Source of the DNA: an uncultured Lachnospiraceae bacterium
Lineage (GTDB): Bacteria; Bacillota; Clostridia; Lachnospirales; Lachnospiraceae
NCBI GenBank assembly: GCA_947174615.1
Contig: CAMWJQ010000001.1
Location: 1-33,645 of the forward strand
Length of the DNA stretch: 33,645 nucleotides
Direction of reading: 5' to 3'
Below are positions 1-9,857 of this stretch, one piece after another. Below the pieces are notes generated by a model. It did no database searches. It was not told the origin of the DNA and saw only the letters and a list, made by a program, of their open reading frames with translations. Both the position numbers and the translations under genes were made by a program. Position 1 is the first letter of the stretch. Each line of letters begins with the position of its first letter.

Positions 1-215
1 TTGCTGCGGACGGGCGGATTGAGTTCAAGACGGACAATCAGGATCTGTTTGATTTTGCACTTGAGGAGCTTGAACCTGCTGGCTGGAAACTGGAAGCGGT
101 GACAAGAGACCTGCATCATGATGAAAAAATGATGGCTGGAAATATTATGACGGAATATGAGCAAAAATTTTCGGCAATGGGGAATCCTATCTATAAATAT
201 TGTATTTACCGGTAA
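1..215 (+). CDS. trmB: tRNA (guanine-N7)-methyltransferase, 3' end (5'-truncated by the window)
   Basis: Not in the ORF track. Frame 3 reads ...GRIEFKTDNQDLFDFALEE...NIMTEYEQKFSAMGNPIYKYCIYR* with TAA at 213-215. The FKTDN and MTEYE-KF motifs are typical of the TrmB C-terminus. Confidence 0.9.
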   Translation, partial: AADGRIEFKTDNQDLFDFALEELEPAGWKLEAVTRDLHHDEKMMAGNIMTEYEQKFSAMGNPIYKYCIYR

Positions 216-229
216 AGGAGGGGTGCGGG

Positions 230-688
230 ATGTATGTTGTCTTTTTTTTGCTATGGATCATCTTTAATGGGCGCGTCACGGTAGAGATTGTGTTGTTTGG
301 ACTGGCGGTTTCTGCGGCGCTGTATTGGTTTATCTGCAAATTTATGGAGTTTGGTCCGCGTCAGGAATGGGCATATCTCAAAAAGAGCGGTTATCTGATT
401 CAGTATTTATATTATCTGATCAAGGAGATTATCAAGGCGAATTTTGAGACCATCCGATTAATCTGTTCGGCAGGCAGGGTGGTGGAGCCGGCGCTTGTGG
501 AGTTTGAGGTTCATTTCAAGACGGACACTTCGAGATTCCTTCTGGCAAATTCCATCACGCTCACGCCTGGGACAATCACGGTTGCAGTAGAGGGAGACAG
601 GTTTATCGTACACTGTCTTGACAAGACACTGGCGGAAGGGCTTTCGTCGTCTGTATTTGTAAAACTGCTGGAGAAAATAGAGGGATAG
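230..688 (+). CDS. mnhE: Na+/H+ antiporter subunit E
   Basis: LLANSITLTPGTITV motif and hydrophobic N-terminus. ATG 230 follows AAGGAGG (215-221), so the TTG at 200 is probably not the start. Confidence 0.9.
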   Translation: MYVVFFLLWIIFNGRVTVEIVLFGLAVSAALYWFICKFMEFGPRQEWAYLKKSGYLIQYLYYLIKEIIKANFETIRLICSAGRVVEPALVEFEVHFKTDTSRFLLANSITLTPGTITVAVEGDRFIVHCLDKTLAEGLSSSVFVKLLEKIEG

Positions 689-702
689 GGGGCAGTACAG
701 CA

Positions 703-1047
703 ATGAATAGTGGAAATATTGTGTTGGAGTCCGTGTTTGATATCGTGATGACAGTGTTACCGGTTTTGCTGGCAGTCATGGTGTTTGTCTGCCTGATTCG
801 GGCAATCAAAGGACCTAGGGTTGCGGACCGTATCGTGGCTATTAATATGATGGGGACAATGACGATGGTTATTATTGCAATTCTGGCAGTAAAGATGAAC
901 GAGGGATATCTTGTTGACATCTGCATTATCTATGCCATGATTTCATTTCTGGCGGTGACGCTTCTGACGAAAGTGTATATGGGCGTTTATGCAGAACGGC
1001 AAAAGAAGAAAGAGGAGGATGGGCATGATCGTACTACTGTGGATTAG
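703..1047 (+). CDS. mnhF: Na+/H+ antiporter subunit F
   Basis: RAIKGPRVADRIVA motif, three hydrophobic segments, YLVDICIIYAMISFLA. Confidence 0.9.
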   Translation: MNSGNIVLESVFDIVMTVLPVLLAVMVFVCLIRAIKGPRVADRIVAINMMGTMTMVIIAILAVKMNEGYLVDICIIYAMISFLAVTLLTKVYMGVYAERQKKKEEDGHDRTTVD

Positions 1048-1360
1048 ATTTATTATTGGCATCATTATGATTCTGTGCGGTTTGATTATTTTTGCAATTG
1101 AGCTTTTTGGGGTGTTTGAGTTTCATTATGTCCTCAATAGGATGCACGCGGCGGCGATGGGGGATACGCTGGGGATTGCACTTAGCATGACAGGGCTGAT
1201 TGTGCTGTGCGGTCTAAATTTTACATCGCTCAAGATGCTGCTGGTCGTTATCTTTTTATGGTTTGCATCCCCTGTGGCGTCGCATATGCTGGCGCGCTTT
1301 GAAGTGGTGACAAACGAGGAACTTCACAAGGAATGCGATATTCAAAAACTGTCGAAATAA
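1025..1360 (+). CDS. mnhG: Na+/H+ antiporter subunit G
   Basis: RMHAAAMGDTLG and PVASHMLAR motifs. Start placed at ATG 1025 after GAGGAGG (1012-1018). Confidence 0.88.
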   Translation: MIVLLWIRFIIGIIMILCGLIIFAIELFGVFEFHYVLNRMHAAAMGDTLGIALSMTGLIVLCGLNFTSLKMLLVVIFLWFASPVASHMLARFEVVTNEELHKECDIQKLSK

Positions 1361-1396
1361 CTGTTGAAATAGACAGGACAGCATCATAAATGGAGG

Positions 1397-1696
1397 GTGA
1401 GAACCGTGGAAGTATTTCAGATTGTTTTATTTATTTTCTTGATCGTGTGTGCCATCTCCGTGAGCTTTTCTAGGAATTTGCTCAACTCGATTATCATTTT
1501 TATGTCCTACAGCCTGATTATGTCGATTATTTGGATTTTGTTGGAATCACCGGACCTTGCGATCACCGAGGCGGCTGTCGGCGCCGGAATCACAAGCATC
1601 CTGTTTTTTGTCACACTCAAGAAGATTCATGCAATTGTTGCAATCAATGAGGACAAGGAGGACAAACCTGTCAATAGAAAGGGGGCGCCGAAATGA
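1397..1696 (+). CDS. DUF4040 / MbhD-like small antiporter subunit (stand-alone equivalent of part of the MrpA C-terminus)
   Basis: SPDLAITEAAVGAG motif and three TM segments. GTG start preceded by a purine-rich GGAGG. Confidence 0.85.
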   Translation: MRTVEVFQIVLFIFLIVCAISVSFSRNLLNSIIIFMSYSLIMSIIWILLESPDLAITEAAVGAGITSILFFVTLKKIHAIVAINEDKEDKPVNRKGAPK

Positions 1697-2655
1697 GCCG
1701 TCTGCTATCAGAAGAAGAATATCGCAAGACCAAGGCATTTAAGATACGGCGATGGTATCGGGGGGAGAAGGATCCTTACCTTGGCAAGGTCGAGATGAAA
1801 CCTCAGAAGCCATTTACGGAGGATATCAAGACGCAGAAGCAGCGTATACATGATGAGGCTATTCTACGGCGCAATATCTATGATATCGAGCATAACAGGA
1901 AATTACAGATTTTCTCAAAGTTTTATAAAGTGGTGTCTGTTGCTTTTGTCTTTACACTGATTGCCATACTGCTCTATGTGGTGTCCTATCTGCCGCCTGT
2001 GGGCAATGCGGCAAATCCTGACAACAATGAGGTTGCATCCAAGTATATAGAGGACGGCATGAAAGATACAGGTGCAGTGAACATTGTCACAGGCATGATT
2101 TTGGATTATCGTGCGTTTGATACGCTCGGCGAGTCAAATGTGCTCTTTATTGCGACTTGTACGGTGTTGATTCTGCTGCGCGTGGACAATCGCTCAAAGA
2201 AGAAAGAAGAGGAGGAAAATGACCGCCTCTATGAGCCCAAAAATGATATTATTTTACAGAAAGTGGCTTTTTTCCTTGTTCCGATGATTATTATTTTTGG
2301 CGTTTATGTCATTTTAAACGGGCATTTGTCGCCGGGCGGAGGATTTTCGGGCGGCGCAATCATTGGATCTGGTTTGATTTTGTATGTCAATGCGTTTGGC
2401 TTCAAAAAGATTGAGCGCTTTTTCACGCAGAAAACGTACAAATGGATTTGTTTTGCGGCTTTGTTATTTTACTGTCTTGCAAAGACATACTCGTTTTATT
2501 GCGGTGCACATCATCTTGAGACGGGGATTCCACTGGGAACGCCGGGCGATATTTTAAGCTCCGGTTTGATTCTGCCGCTGAATATCTGTGTCGGCATGGT
2601 CGTTGCATGTACGATGTATGCATTTTATGCGATGTTCAGAAAAGGAGGTTTTTAA
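1693..2655 (+). CDS. mnhB: Na+/H+ antiporter subunit B (MbhE+MbhF-like fusion) with a charged N-terminal extension
   Basis: NIVTGMILDYRAFDTLGE and GHLSPGGGFSGGAI motifs. ATGA overlap with the upstream gene. Confidence 0.88.
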   Translation: MSRLLSEEEYRKTKAFKIRRWYRGEKDPYLGKVEMKPQKPFTEDIKTQKQRIHDEAILRRNIYDIEHNRKLQIFSKFYKVVSVAFVFTLIAILLYVVSYLPPVGNAANPDNNEVASKYIEDGMKDTGAVNIVTGMILDYRAFDTLGESNVLFIATCTVLILLRVDNRSKKKEEEENDRLYEPKNDIILQKVAFFLVPMIIIFGVYVILNGHLSPGGGFSGGAIIGSGLILYVNAFGFKKIERFFTQKTYKWICFAALLFYCLAKTYSFYCGAHHLETGIPLGTPGDILSSGLILPLNICVGMVVACTMYAFYAMFRKGGF

Positions 2656-2660
2656 TCCGT

Positions 2661-3035
2661 ATGGGGGGGAATTTGCTGGCAAATTACGGCGAAGCGGTTG
2701 CGATGATTTTGTTTGGCATAGGATTTTCGAACCTGCTTTTGCAAAAGAATTTAATAAAGAAAATTATCGGGCTGAATATCATGGATACGGCAACGTATCT
2801 GTTTCTTGCGGAAAAAGGATATATTGCAGGGCGGATTGCGCCGATCGTGGTGGGCAATGTGACCAGTGTGGAGGCATATATCAATCCGGTGCCGAGCGGA
2901 CTTGTATTGACAGGAATTGTGGTGTCGGTGTCAGTGACAGCGTTGATGCTGTCACTGACGATACGGCTTTACAGGAAATATCACACACTCGATATGGACG
3001 AGATTTCGACGATGCTGAAGAAGGAGGATGAATAG
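2661..3035 (+). CDS. mnhC: Na+/H+ antiporter subunit C
   Basis: NLIKKIIGLNIM and NPVPSGLVLTGIVVS motifs. ATG 2661 follows AAAGGAGG. Confidence 0.9.
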   Translation: MGGNLLANYGEAVAMILFGIGFSNLLLQKNLIKKIIGLNIMDTATYLFLAEKGYIAGRIAPIVVGNVTSVEAYINPVPSGLVLTGIVVSVSVTALMLSLTIRLYRKYHTLDMDEISTMLKKEDE

Positions 3036-4553
3036 ATGGAGTTTATACGAAATTTTCCCTTTTTCAGTATTCTGTTATCACTTGGATCGGGCGTGCTGAC
3101 CTCCATTATGAGCAAAAAAACTGCCCGGCTGTGGAATACGTTTATCCTCGTGGCAATCACGGTGATGTCGGCGGCGCTGTTTGTGTATATGCTTGATGTG
3201 GGAGAGCCTTATACCTTTATGATGGGGCATTTCCCGGCGCCTTGGGGCAATGAGATTCGGGCAGGGGTGCTCGAGGCTGGGATGGCGCTCTTTTTCTGTC
3301 TGATTATGCTGTTCTCATTAAAGGGCGGTCAGGAGCACATTGATGCGGAGATTGAGGAGACGAAGGTCAATCTCTACTATATAATGATTAATTTACTGCT
3401 CAGTTCGCTGCTGGCATTAATCTACACAAATGACCTGTTTACAGCGTATGTCTTTGTGGAGATTAATACGATCAGCGCATGTGGTTTAATCATGATTACG
3501 CAAAGCGGGCGCACCATCGAGGCGGCGACGCGCTATATGATTATGGCATCGCTGGGATCTGGTCTGCTGCTGCTTGGTCTGTGTATCTTATATGATATTA
3601 CGGGGCATCTTCTGATGAGCAATATCAAGGAGAGCATTCTATATGTCTATGCGCAGGGGACTTACAATATACCGCTGATCGCGTCGATTGGGATGGTGGT
3701 GGTTGGTCTTGCCATCAAGAGTGCACTCTATCCTTTTCATACATGGATCCCGGATGCATATGGGTACTCGACAGTTTCCAGTGCGGCGATTTTGTCCAGT
3801 CTGGTTTCGAAGGGATATATCTTTTTATTGATTAAGATTTTTTTCCGCGTGGTTGGTTTTGATATTATCGTGGATTCCAAGATTGTCAATATTTTGTTTG
3901 TATTCGGACTGTTTGGCATGATTATGGGTTCGGTGAACGCAATCTTAGAGCATGATATCCGCCGTATGATTGCTTTTTCTTCCGTTGCGCAGATTGGATA
4001 TATCTATATGGGTCTGGGGCTTGGAACGACGATGGGGATTGTGGCAAGTATTTTTCATATACTGTCTCATGCTTCAACGAAATCCCTGTTGTTTATTGCG
4101 GGTGTAGGGCTGACGGACGCCTCAGGCGGCAGCAAGAAGTTTGAAGATTTGACCGGCAGCGGTTTCCGCAATCCGGCAGCAGGGATTGCCTTCACAATCG
4201 GTGCGTGTTCGATGGTTGGTATTCCGCTGTTTTCCGGCTTTATCAGTAAGATGCAGTTTGCGGAGGCTGCGGTGCAGAACAGTCTGGCTAAGATGCTTCC
4301 GACGCTGATTTGTCTGGCAATCAGTACGGTGCTCAACGCGATCTATTTTATGAAAACCGTGATCCGCCTCTATACGCCTGTCAGCAAGAAGGTGCGCAAA
4401 ACGCAGGCTGGTGAGGCGGCTGTGGTCAGCATGAGAGAGCACCCGCTCTATAATCTGTCTTTGTTGTGCATGGTCATTTTGAATGTGATTCTCGGATGCT
4501 GTTCACAGCCGATTGTAGATTGGATTACGAGCGGTCTTTCGATGTTCGGTTAA
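3036..4553 (+). CDS. mnhD: Proton-conducting membrane transporter, MrpD-like subunit 1
   Basis: DLFTAYVFVE, IKSALYPFHTWIPDAY, RRMIAFSSVAQIGY and GIPLFSGFISK motifs; about 14 TM segments. Confidence 0.9.
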   Translation: MEFIRNFPFFSILLSLGSGVLTSIMSKKTARLWNTFILVAITVMSAALFVYMLDVGEPYTFMMGHFPAPWGNEIRAGVLEAGMALFFCLIMLFSLKGGQEHIDAEIEETKVNLYYIMINLLLSSLLALIYTNDLFTAYVFVEINTISACGLIMITQSGRTIEAATRYMIMASLGSGLLLLGLCILYDITGHLLMSNIKESILYVYAQGTYNIPLIASIGMVVVGLAIKSALYPFHTWIPDAYGYSTVSSAAILSSLVSKGYIFLLIKIFFRVVGFDIIVDSKIVNILFVFGLFGMIMGSVNAILEHDIRRMIAFSSVAQIGYIYMGLGLGTTMGIVASIFHILSHASTKSLLFIAGVGLTDASGGSKKFEDLTGSGFRNPAAGIAFTIGACSMVGIPLFSGFISKMQFAEAAVQNSLAKMLPTLICLAISTVLNAIYFMKTVIRLYTPVSKKVRKTQAGEAAVVSMREHPLYNLSLLCMVILNVILGCCSQPIVDWITSGLSMFG

Positions 4554-4554
4554 A

Positions 4555-6135
4555 ATGGGGGTGGAGGATTTGTCTTTGCATTTAAATTACAATTACATGA
4601 TTTTGGTTTCAATCGTCCTGCCCATTCTTGCGGGAGTTCTCCTGCTGATTGCGCCGGACAGGATTTTTAAAAGCCGTCAGATGATGATTAATATGACAGC
4701 AGTGTCATTTGTGGTGTGTGCGCTGTTTCCTGTGCTGGTGATCTGCCGTATGACAGGAAATACGCTGCTGCTCTTTTTTTTGGTAGATGAGATTCCGATT
4801 TTTTTTGCAGTGGACCATCTAGGAAGGATTTTTGCTGGCATTGTCATCCTTGTATTTTTGCTGGCTGGATTTTTCTCATTTGTCTATATGTCCCATGAAA
4901 AGAATGAAAAGCGGTATTATGGCTTTTATCTGATTACGTTTGGTGTGCTGATGGGTCTGTGCTTTTCGGGAAATCTGGTAACCTTGTATCTGTTTTACGA
5001 GTTTATGACACTTGTGTCAATGCCGCTCGTGCTGCATTCCGGTTCCAAAGAGGCGGTCATGGCGGGACTGAAGTATCTGTTTTACTCGTTCTGCGGAGCA
5101 TATATGGCATTGTTTGGGATTTATTTTCTGTATCGGTTTGCAATTGCGTTCGATGACATGGAATATCAATTATGGAGCGGCGGGTATGAGACTTCAAGGC
5201 ATATGCTGAGTTTTGTGTCAGGCGGCTCACTCAAGATGGAAGCGGTTGCAGCGTCGGGAAATACAGGGCTTTGTCTGGTCGCGGTATTTTTGATGATTGT
5301 GGGCTTTGGCGTGAAGGCGGGCTGTTTCCCACTCCATGCGTGGCTTCCGACGGCACATCCTGTCGCGCCTGCGCCTGCTTCGGCGTTTTTGTCGGGTATT
5401 ATTGTAAAGGGCGGCGTGCTTGCTGTTATCAGGACAGTATATTATGTGGTCGGCGCGAAGTTTCTGAGTGGGACGTGGGTACAGACCGTGTGGGCAATTC
5501 TTGCCGTCGTGACGCTATTGATGGGCTCCTCCCTTGCCTTTAAGGAGAAGATCTTAAAAAAACGTCTTGCCTACTCAACGGTATCAAATCTTTCATATAT
5601 TTTGTTGGGACTTTCGATGCTGAATGCGGCTGCTTTCACAGGAAGTATTCTGCATGTGGTGTTCCATGCGGTCATTAAGAGCGCGCTGTTTCTCTCGGCG
5701 GGGGCGTTGATTTTCACTACCGGGCACACGAAAGTCAATGATTTTATGGGACTTGGGAAAAGGATGCCAGTGTTGTTCTGGTGTTATACGATTGTGTCTT
5801 TGGGATTGATTGGTATTCCGCCTACAAGCGGTGTGATTAGCAAATGGTATCTGGCGACGGGCTGTCTGGAGAGTGGTCTTACAGGACTTTCATGGATTGG
5901 ACCTGTGGCGCTGTTAGTCTCGGCGCTTTTGACAGCGGGGTATCTTCTGCCAATCAGTATCCGCGCTTTTCTGAAAGAGACGGATTATGAGGCGGTGCGC
6001 AATGATTACAGGGAGCCAAGACCGTTGATGCTGGTGCCGATTATCTTTCTTGCGGCAGCCACGTTGGTACTGGGACTGTATCCGACACCGTTGATTCAGT
6101 TGATACAGAACGGCATTGCTGCCGGATTGTTTTAG
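4555..6135 (+). CDS. Proton-conducting membrane transporter, MrpD/NuoM-like subunit 2
   Basis: YLFYE, VKAGCFPLHAWLPTAHPVAP, KKRLAYSTVS and GIPPTSGVISKW motifs. Confidence 0.9.
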   Translation: MGVEDLSLHLNYNYMILVSIVLPILAGVLLLIAPDRIFKSRQMMINMTAVSFVVCALFPVLVICRMTGNTLLLFFLVDEIPIFFAVDHLGRIFAGIVILVFLLAGFFSFVYMSHEKNEKRYYGFYLITFGVLMGLCFSGNLVTLYLFYEFMTLVSMPLVLHSGSKEAVMAGLKYLFYSFCGAYMALFGIYFLYRFAIAFDDMEYQLWSGGYETSRHMLSFVSGGSLKMEAVAASGNTGLCLVAVFLMIVGFGVKAGCFPLHAWLPTAHPVAPAPASAFLSGIIVKGGVLAVIRTVYYVVGAKFLSGTWVQTVWAILAVVTLLMGSSLAFKEKILKKRLAYSTVSNLSYILLGLSMLNAAAFTGSILHVVFHAVIKSALFLSAGALIFTTGHTKVNDFMGLGKRMPVLFWCYTIVSLGLIGIPPTSGVISKWYLATGCLESGLTGLSWIGPVALLVSALLTAGYLLPISIRAFLKETDYEAVRNDYREPRPLMLVPIIFLAAATLVLGLYPTPLIQLIQNGIAAGLF

Positions 6136-6151
6136 AAGGGGGTAGAAGATC

Positions 6152-7645
6152 ATGATTTTTGGATTGATTTTGACAGTGATACTGCTTCCTTTTGTGGGCG
6201 GTCTGCTGCTGCAAGTCTTGAAATTCAAGGAGAAAAAGTATAAGCAATTGTATATTTTTTCGTATGTGCTGGTCAATACGATGCTCACGTACGTACTGTT
6301 GTCCCAAGGAACGACAAATCTGATCCGCGTGATCAATTTTGCGGGCGAGAAGCTGGATTTTTCTTTTAAAATTGATGGTATGAGCATGGTGTTTGCTGGG
6401 CTTGTGGCAACGCTGTGGCCGCTGGCGACACTCTATTCATTTCCTTATATGGAACATGAGCACAACGGGCGCGTCCACGAGAATATCTTTTATATGTTTT
6501 ACACGGCAACCTATGGCGTGACGCTTGGGATTGCAATGTCGGGCAATATGCTGACGATGTACTGCTTTTATGAGCTGCTTACGCTGGTGACAGTGCCGCT
6601 TGTCATGCATACGCTCACGCGTGAGGCAGTTCATGCGAGCCGCCAGTATTTTTATTACTCCCTAGGCGGAGCGGCATTTGCGTTTATCGGTTTGATATTT
6701 TTGTTGGTGTACGGGGATAGTCTGGCATTTACCTATGGGGGGGTGCTGAATCTGTCACAATCGCAGGATAAGAGGGATTTGCTGCTGTTTATCTATGTGC
6801 TGGCGTTTATGGGGTTTGGCGTGAAGGCGGCAGTCTGTCCGTTTAACGCCTGGCTTCCGCAGGCAGGTGTGGCGCCGACGCCCGTGACGGCGCTGTTACA
6901 TGCAGTGGCAGTCGTGAAGTCGGGCGCCTTTGCAATTATGCGTCTGACATACTACAGCTTTGGAACCGATTTTCTGCGGGGAACATGGGCGCAGTATCTC
7001 TTATTAGCCATTGTGGTTTTTACGATTTTCTATGGTTCGAGCATGGCTGTGAAGGAGACGCATATAAAGCGAAGGCTTGCGTTCTCGACAATCTCGAACC
7101 TGTCGTATATCCTGTTTGGCGTTCTTGTCATGACACCGCTTGGATTGGTCGGCGCGCTTTGCCATATGGTCTTTCATGGTGTCATGAAAATCTGTTCATT
7201 CTTCTGCGCCGGGGCTATGATTACGCAGGCACATGTCAATTATGTCCATGAGCTGAATGGGATGGCAAAGCGGATGCCAAAGGTTTTTGCAGTCTTTACA
7301 GTCTCTTCGCTGGCGCTCATGGGCGTGCCGGGTCTGTGTGGGTTTGTGTCAAAATGGCATCTTGCAAAAGCAGCTTTTGCAAGCGGCAATCTGCTGGCAG
7401 TCGCGGGCGTGGGGGTTTTGCTGGTCTCAGCGCTGCTCACGGCGATTTATATGCTCAGCATTGTGATTCGGGCATATTTTCCGGGGAATGCGTTTGATTA
7501 TGCAGCACTGCATGAGGAGATTCAGGATCCTGACTGGCGTATGATGCTGCCGTTTTTCCTGTTTGTGGCAGCAATGGTGGTGTTTGGTATCTACAGTGGA
7601 CCGTTTGTAGAATTTTTTGCCCGCGTGGCAGCCGGATTAATCTAA
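6152..7645 (+). CDS. Proton-conducting membrane transporter subunit 3 (MrpA/NuoL-like TM8 His)
   Basis: YCFYE, VKAAVCPFNAWLPQAGVAPTPVTALLHAVAVVK and GFVSKW motifs. Confidence 0.9.
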   Translation: MIFGLILTVILLPFVGGLLLQVLKFKEKKYKQLYIFSYVLVNTMLTYVLLSQGTTNLIRVINFAGEKLDFSFKIDGMSMVFAGLVATLWPLATLYSFPYMEHEHNGRVHENIFYMFYTATYGVTLGIAMSGNMLTMYCFYELLTLVTVPLVMHTLTREAVHASRQYFYYSLGGAAFAFIGLIFLLVYGDSLAFTYGGVLNLSQSQDKRDLLLFIYVLAFMGFGVKAAVCPFNAWLPQAGVAPTPVTALLHAVAVVKSGAFAIMRLTYYSFGTDFLRGTWAQYLLLAIVVFTIFYGSSMAVKETHIKRRLAFSTISNLSYILFGVLVMTPLGLVGALCHMVFHGVMKICSFFCAGAMITQAHVNYVHELNGMAKRMPKVFAVFTVSSLALMGVPGLCGFVSKWHLAKAAFASGNLLAVAGVGVLLVSALLTAIYMLSIVIRAYFPGNAFDYAALHEEIQDPDWRMMLPFFLFVAAMVVFGIYSGPFVEFFARVAAGLI

Positions 7646-7664
7646 AAAGGGGGGCGGTGAGATA

Positions 7665-9857
7665 ATGGGAATGAGATCGATATTGACGGCAGTGCTGTTT
7701 CCCTTTTTGATGTATGTGATTGTGGGATTGGTGTCGAAGGTAAAGTCAAAGGAAAAAAAGGCATTTGCGCTGATGATGATTCTGGCAGGGGCAGTGGAGC
7801 TTGTGATGACGCTGTACCTGATGAGCTGTGATTTGCGCGGAGCGGAGATTGGCGTCTTTGAGGTTTCTGGCGTGGGCGGACTTGGACTGCATTTTCTGTA
7901 TACAGGTTTTCGCGGAATCTTTGGGGTGCTGACTGCATTTGCATGGTTTGTGACAGCGCTGTTTTCCTATGAATATATGAAAAATGACGCTAATGTCATA
8001 AGATATGACTTGTTTAATCTGCTGACGCTCGGGGCGACAATGGGTATTTTCTATGCTGCAGATTTGTTTACACTGTTCTTTTTCTTTGAGTTGATGTCCT
8101 TCACTTCATTTATGTGGGTGGCACATAGGCAGACGAGAGAGGCGCTGTACGCGGCTGGGACATATTTAGGTATTGCAGTCGCGGGCGGTATGGCAATCCT
8201 GATGGGTGTATTCATCGTGTATGACAGGCTTGGTACACTTGCCTTTGATGCGATGTATGGGCGTGCGGTCGAGCTGATGACGAGTGGTGCGGACATCACT
8301 TGGCTCTATGTGGCAGCAGGGTGTATGTTTGTGGGTTTTGGCGCAAAAGCGAGTGCTTTTCCAGTGCATGTCTGGCTGCCGGATTCCTATACAGAGGCGC
8401 CTGCGCCCGCAACAGCGCTGCTGTCTGCTGTGCTCAGCAAGACAGGTATTTTTGGCATTTTGCTGGTGACGCTTGATATGCTTCCGATGCAGGGAAGTTG
8501 GGGCGCTTTTATCTTGATTGTCGGCGTGGTAACAATGGTAGACGGCGGAATCCGAGGCGTGATGAGCGGCAGTTTTAAGACGACGCTAGCGTATTCATCG
8601 ATGTCTCAGATTGGGTTTATTCTGACAGGTGTTGGGATGCAGTCGCTTCTTGCGCAGTATCTGACGGAAGCGACTGCCATTGGAATTGAAGGTGCGTCTG
8701 TTGCGGAGATCATTGAAGTGTTTGGCATGGCAATCAACGGCACCTGCCTGCATATGCTGAATCACTCGCTGGTGAAACTTGTGCTGTTTTTGACGGCAGG
8801 CGTGATTTTTATGAATGTGGGCAGTTATGATTTGAATCAAGTGCGCGGTTTTGGGAGAAATAAACCGTTTTTGTTCGTGACATTTCTGCTGGCGGCAGCG
8901 GGCGTGGGCGGTATTCCATTCTTAAATGGTTATGTGAGTAAGACGCTGCTGCATGAGAGCATTGCCGAGTATGGTGCGCTGTTGGAGCTGACGGGCAGCA
9001 GTCTGGCGCTGTCTGCAACGCCTGTGATGATCAAGGTTGTGGAGGCGTTATTCCTGTTTTCGGGGGGGTTGACGGTCGCCTATATGACGAAGCTCTTTGT
9101 GGTGTTGTTTGTCGAAAAAAATGGTGACAAGAAGGTACAGGAGGCGTATGATGCGAGAAAGGAGTATGCATCAGTACTGACAAAAGCAGCGATTGGGGTA
9201 TGTGCATTGCCAATTCCGCTGATTGGTCTCCTGCCGAATCTTGTGGCAGAGCCAGTGGCAGCGTATGGGCTGGTGCGTTTTGGACTGAGTGAGCTGCTGC
9301 GTCATCAGCAGGAGCATGTGCACTTTTTCACGCTGAAAAATCTGTCGGGTGCGCTGATTTCGATTATAGCGGGCGCAGTGGTTTATTTTGTCGCAGTGCG
9401 GTTTATGATGCTGCGCGGACTCTCTTCCAATCAAAAGGGATACCGCGATATTTTTCCGTCATGGCTCAATATGGAAAAGTATGTGTACAGGGCAGTGTTG
9501 TACACTGCGATTCCGTTTGTTTTGGGGATAATTTCAAGAATTTTGGACAGTATTGTGGATATCTTGGTCGTAATTTTGAGAAAGACGCTTTACAGTGACC
9601 GGGCGCTGCCCTATGAACTGCCGGAGGGAAACCGTGTGACACATGGGATCGGTGTGAGTATGGAGCGCGTGCGTCTGCTTTACTGTGCTGTGACGCGAAA
9701 AGAGTACACACCCAAAAATTATGTGCATAAGCTTGCGGTCAGGGAGATTGATGTCTTTGAGAATTTCCGCATTATTGAACGCAGTCTGTCGTTTGGTCTG
9801 TTTATGTTCTGTGTGGGGCTGGGACTGACGATGATTTATTTGTTGGTGGTGAACTAG
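7665..9857 (+). CDS. Proton-conducting membrane transporter subunit 4 with a long C-terminal extension (NuoL/HyfB-like length)
   Basis: FFFFE, AKASAFPVHVWLPDSY and GIPFLNGYVSK motifs. 730 aa, with extra TM and amphipathic segments at the C-terminus. Confidence 0.88.
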   Translation: MGMRSILTAVLFPFLMYVIVGLVSKVKSKEKKAFALMMILAGAVELVMTLYLMSCDLRGAEIGVFEVSGVGGLGLHFLYTGFRGIFGVLTAFAWFVTALFSYEYMKNDANVIRYDLFNLLTLGATMGIFYAADLFTLFFFFELMSFTSFMWVAHRQTREALYAAGTYLGIAVAGGMAILMGVFIVYDRLGTLAFDAMYGRAVELMTSGADITWLYVAAGCMFVGFGAKASAFPVHVWLPDSYTEAPAPATALLSAVLSKTGIFGILLVTLDMLPMQGSWGAFILIVGVVTMVDGGIRGVMSGSFKTTLAYSSMSQIGFILTGVGMQSLLAQYLTEATAIGIEGASVAEIIEVFGMAINGTCLHMLNHSLVKLVLFLTAGVIFMNVGSYDLNQVRGFGRNKPFLFVTFLLAAAGVGGIPFLNGYVSKTLLHESIAEYGALLELTGSSLALSATPVMIKVVEALFLFSGGLTVAYMTKLFVVLFVEKNGDKKVQEAYDARKEYASVLTKAAIGVCALPIPLIGLLPNLVAEPVAAYGLVRFGLSELLRHQQEHVHFFTLKNLSGALISIIAGAVVYFVAVRFMMLRGLSSNQKGYRDIFPSWLNMEKYVYRAVLYTAIPFVLGIISRILDSIVDILVVILRKTLYSDRALPYELPEGNRVTHGIGVSMERVRLLYCAVTRKEYTPKNYVHKLAVREIDVFENFRIIERSLSFGLFMFCVGLGLTMIYLLVVN

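Noticed and set aside
1349-1372. 12-bp near-duplication CTGTCGAAATAA / CTGTTGAAATAG at the mnhG stop
   Set aside because: Only two copies, probably a local slippage duplication, with no sign of an insertion element.
2663-2669. G7 tract at the start of mnhC (also T8 at 242-249 and 4774-4781, G7 at 6737-6743) as phase-variation sites
   Set aside because: The tracts are short, all frames are intact, and such runs are expected in Phe/Gly-rich membrane genes.
2588-3031. 147-aa alternative-frame ORF with Cys pairs (CRADC, CDQC) suggesting a ferredoxin-like partner for the antiporter
   Set aside because: It lies out of frame over mnhC, which has clear family motifs. The Cys residues arise from GTG/TGT-rich hydrophobic codons.
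230-9857. Calling the operon an energy-converting hydrogenase or complex I
   Set aside because: There are no NuoH, Fe-S or [NiFe] large-subunit genes in the operon or the window.
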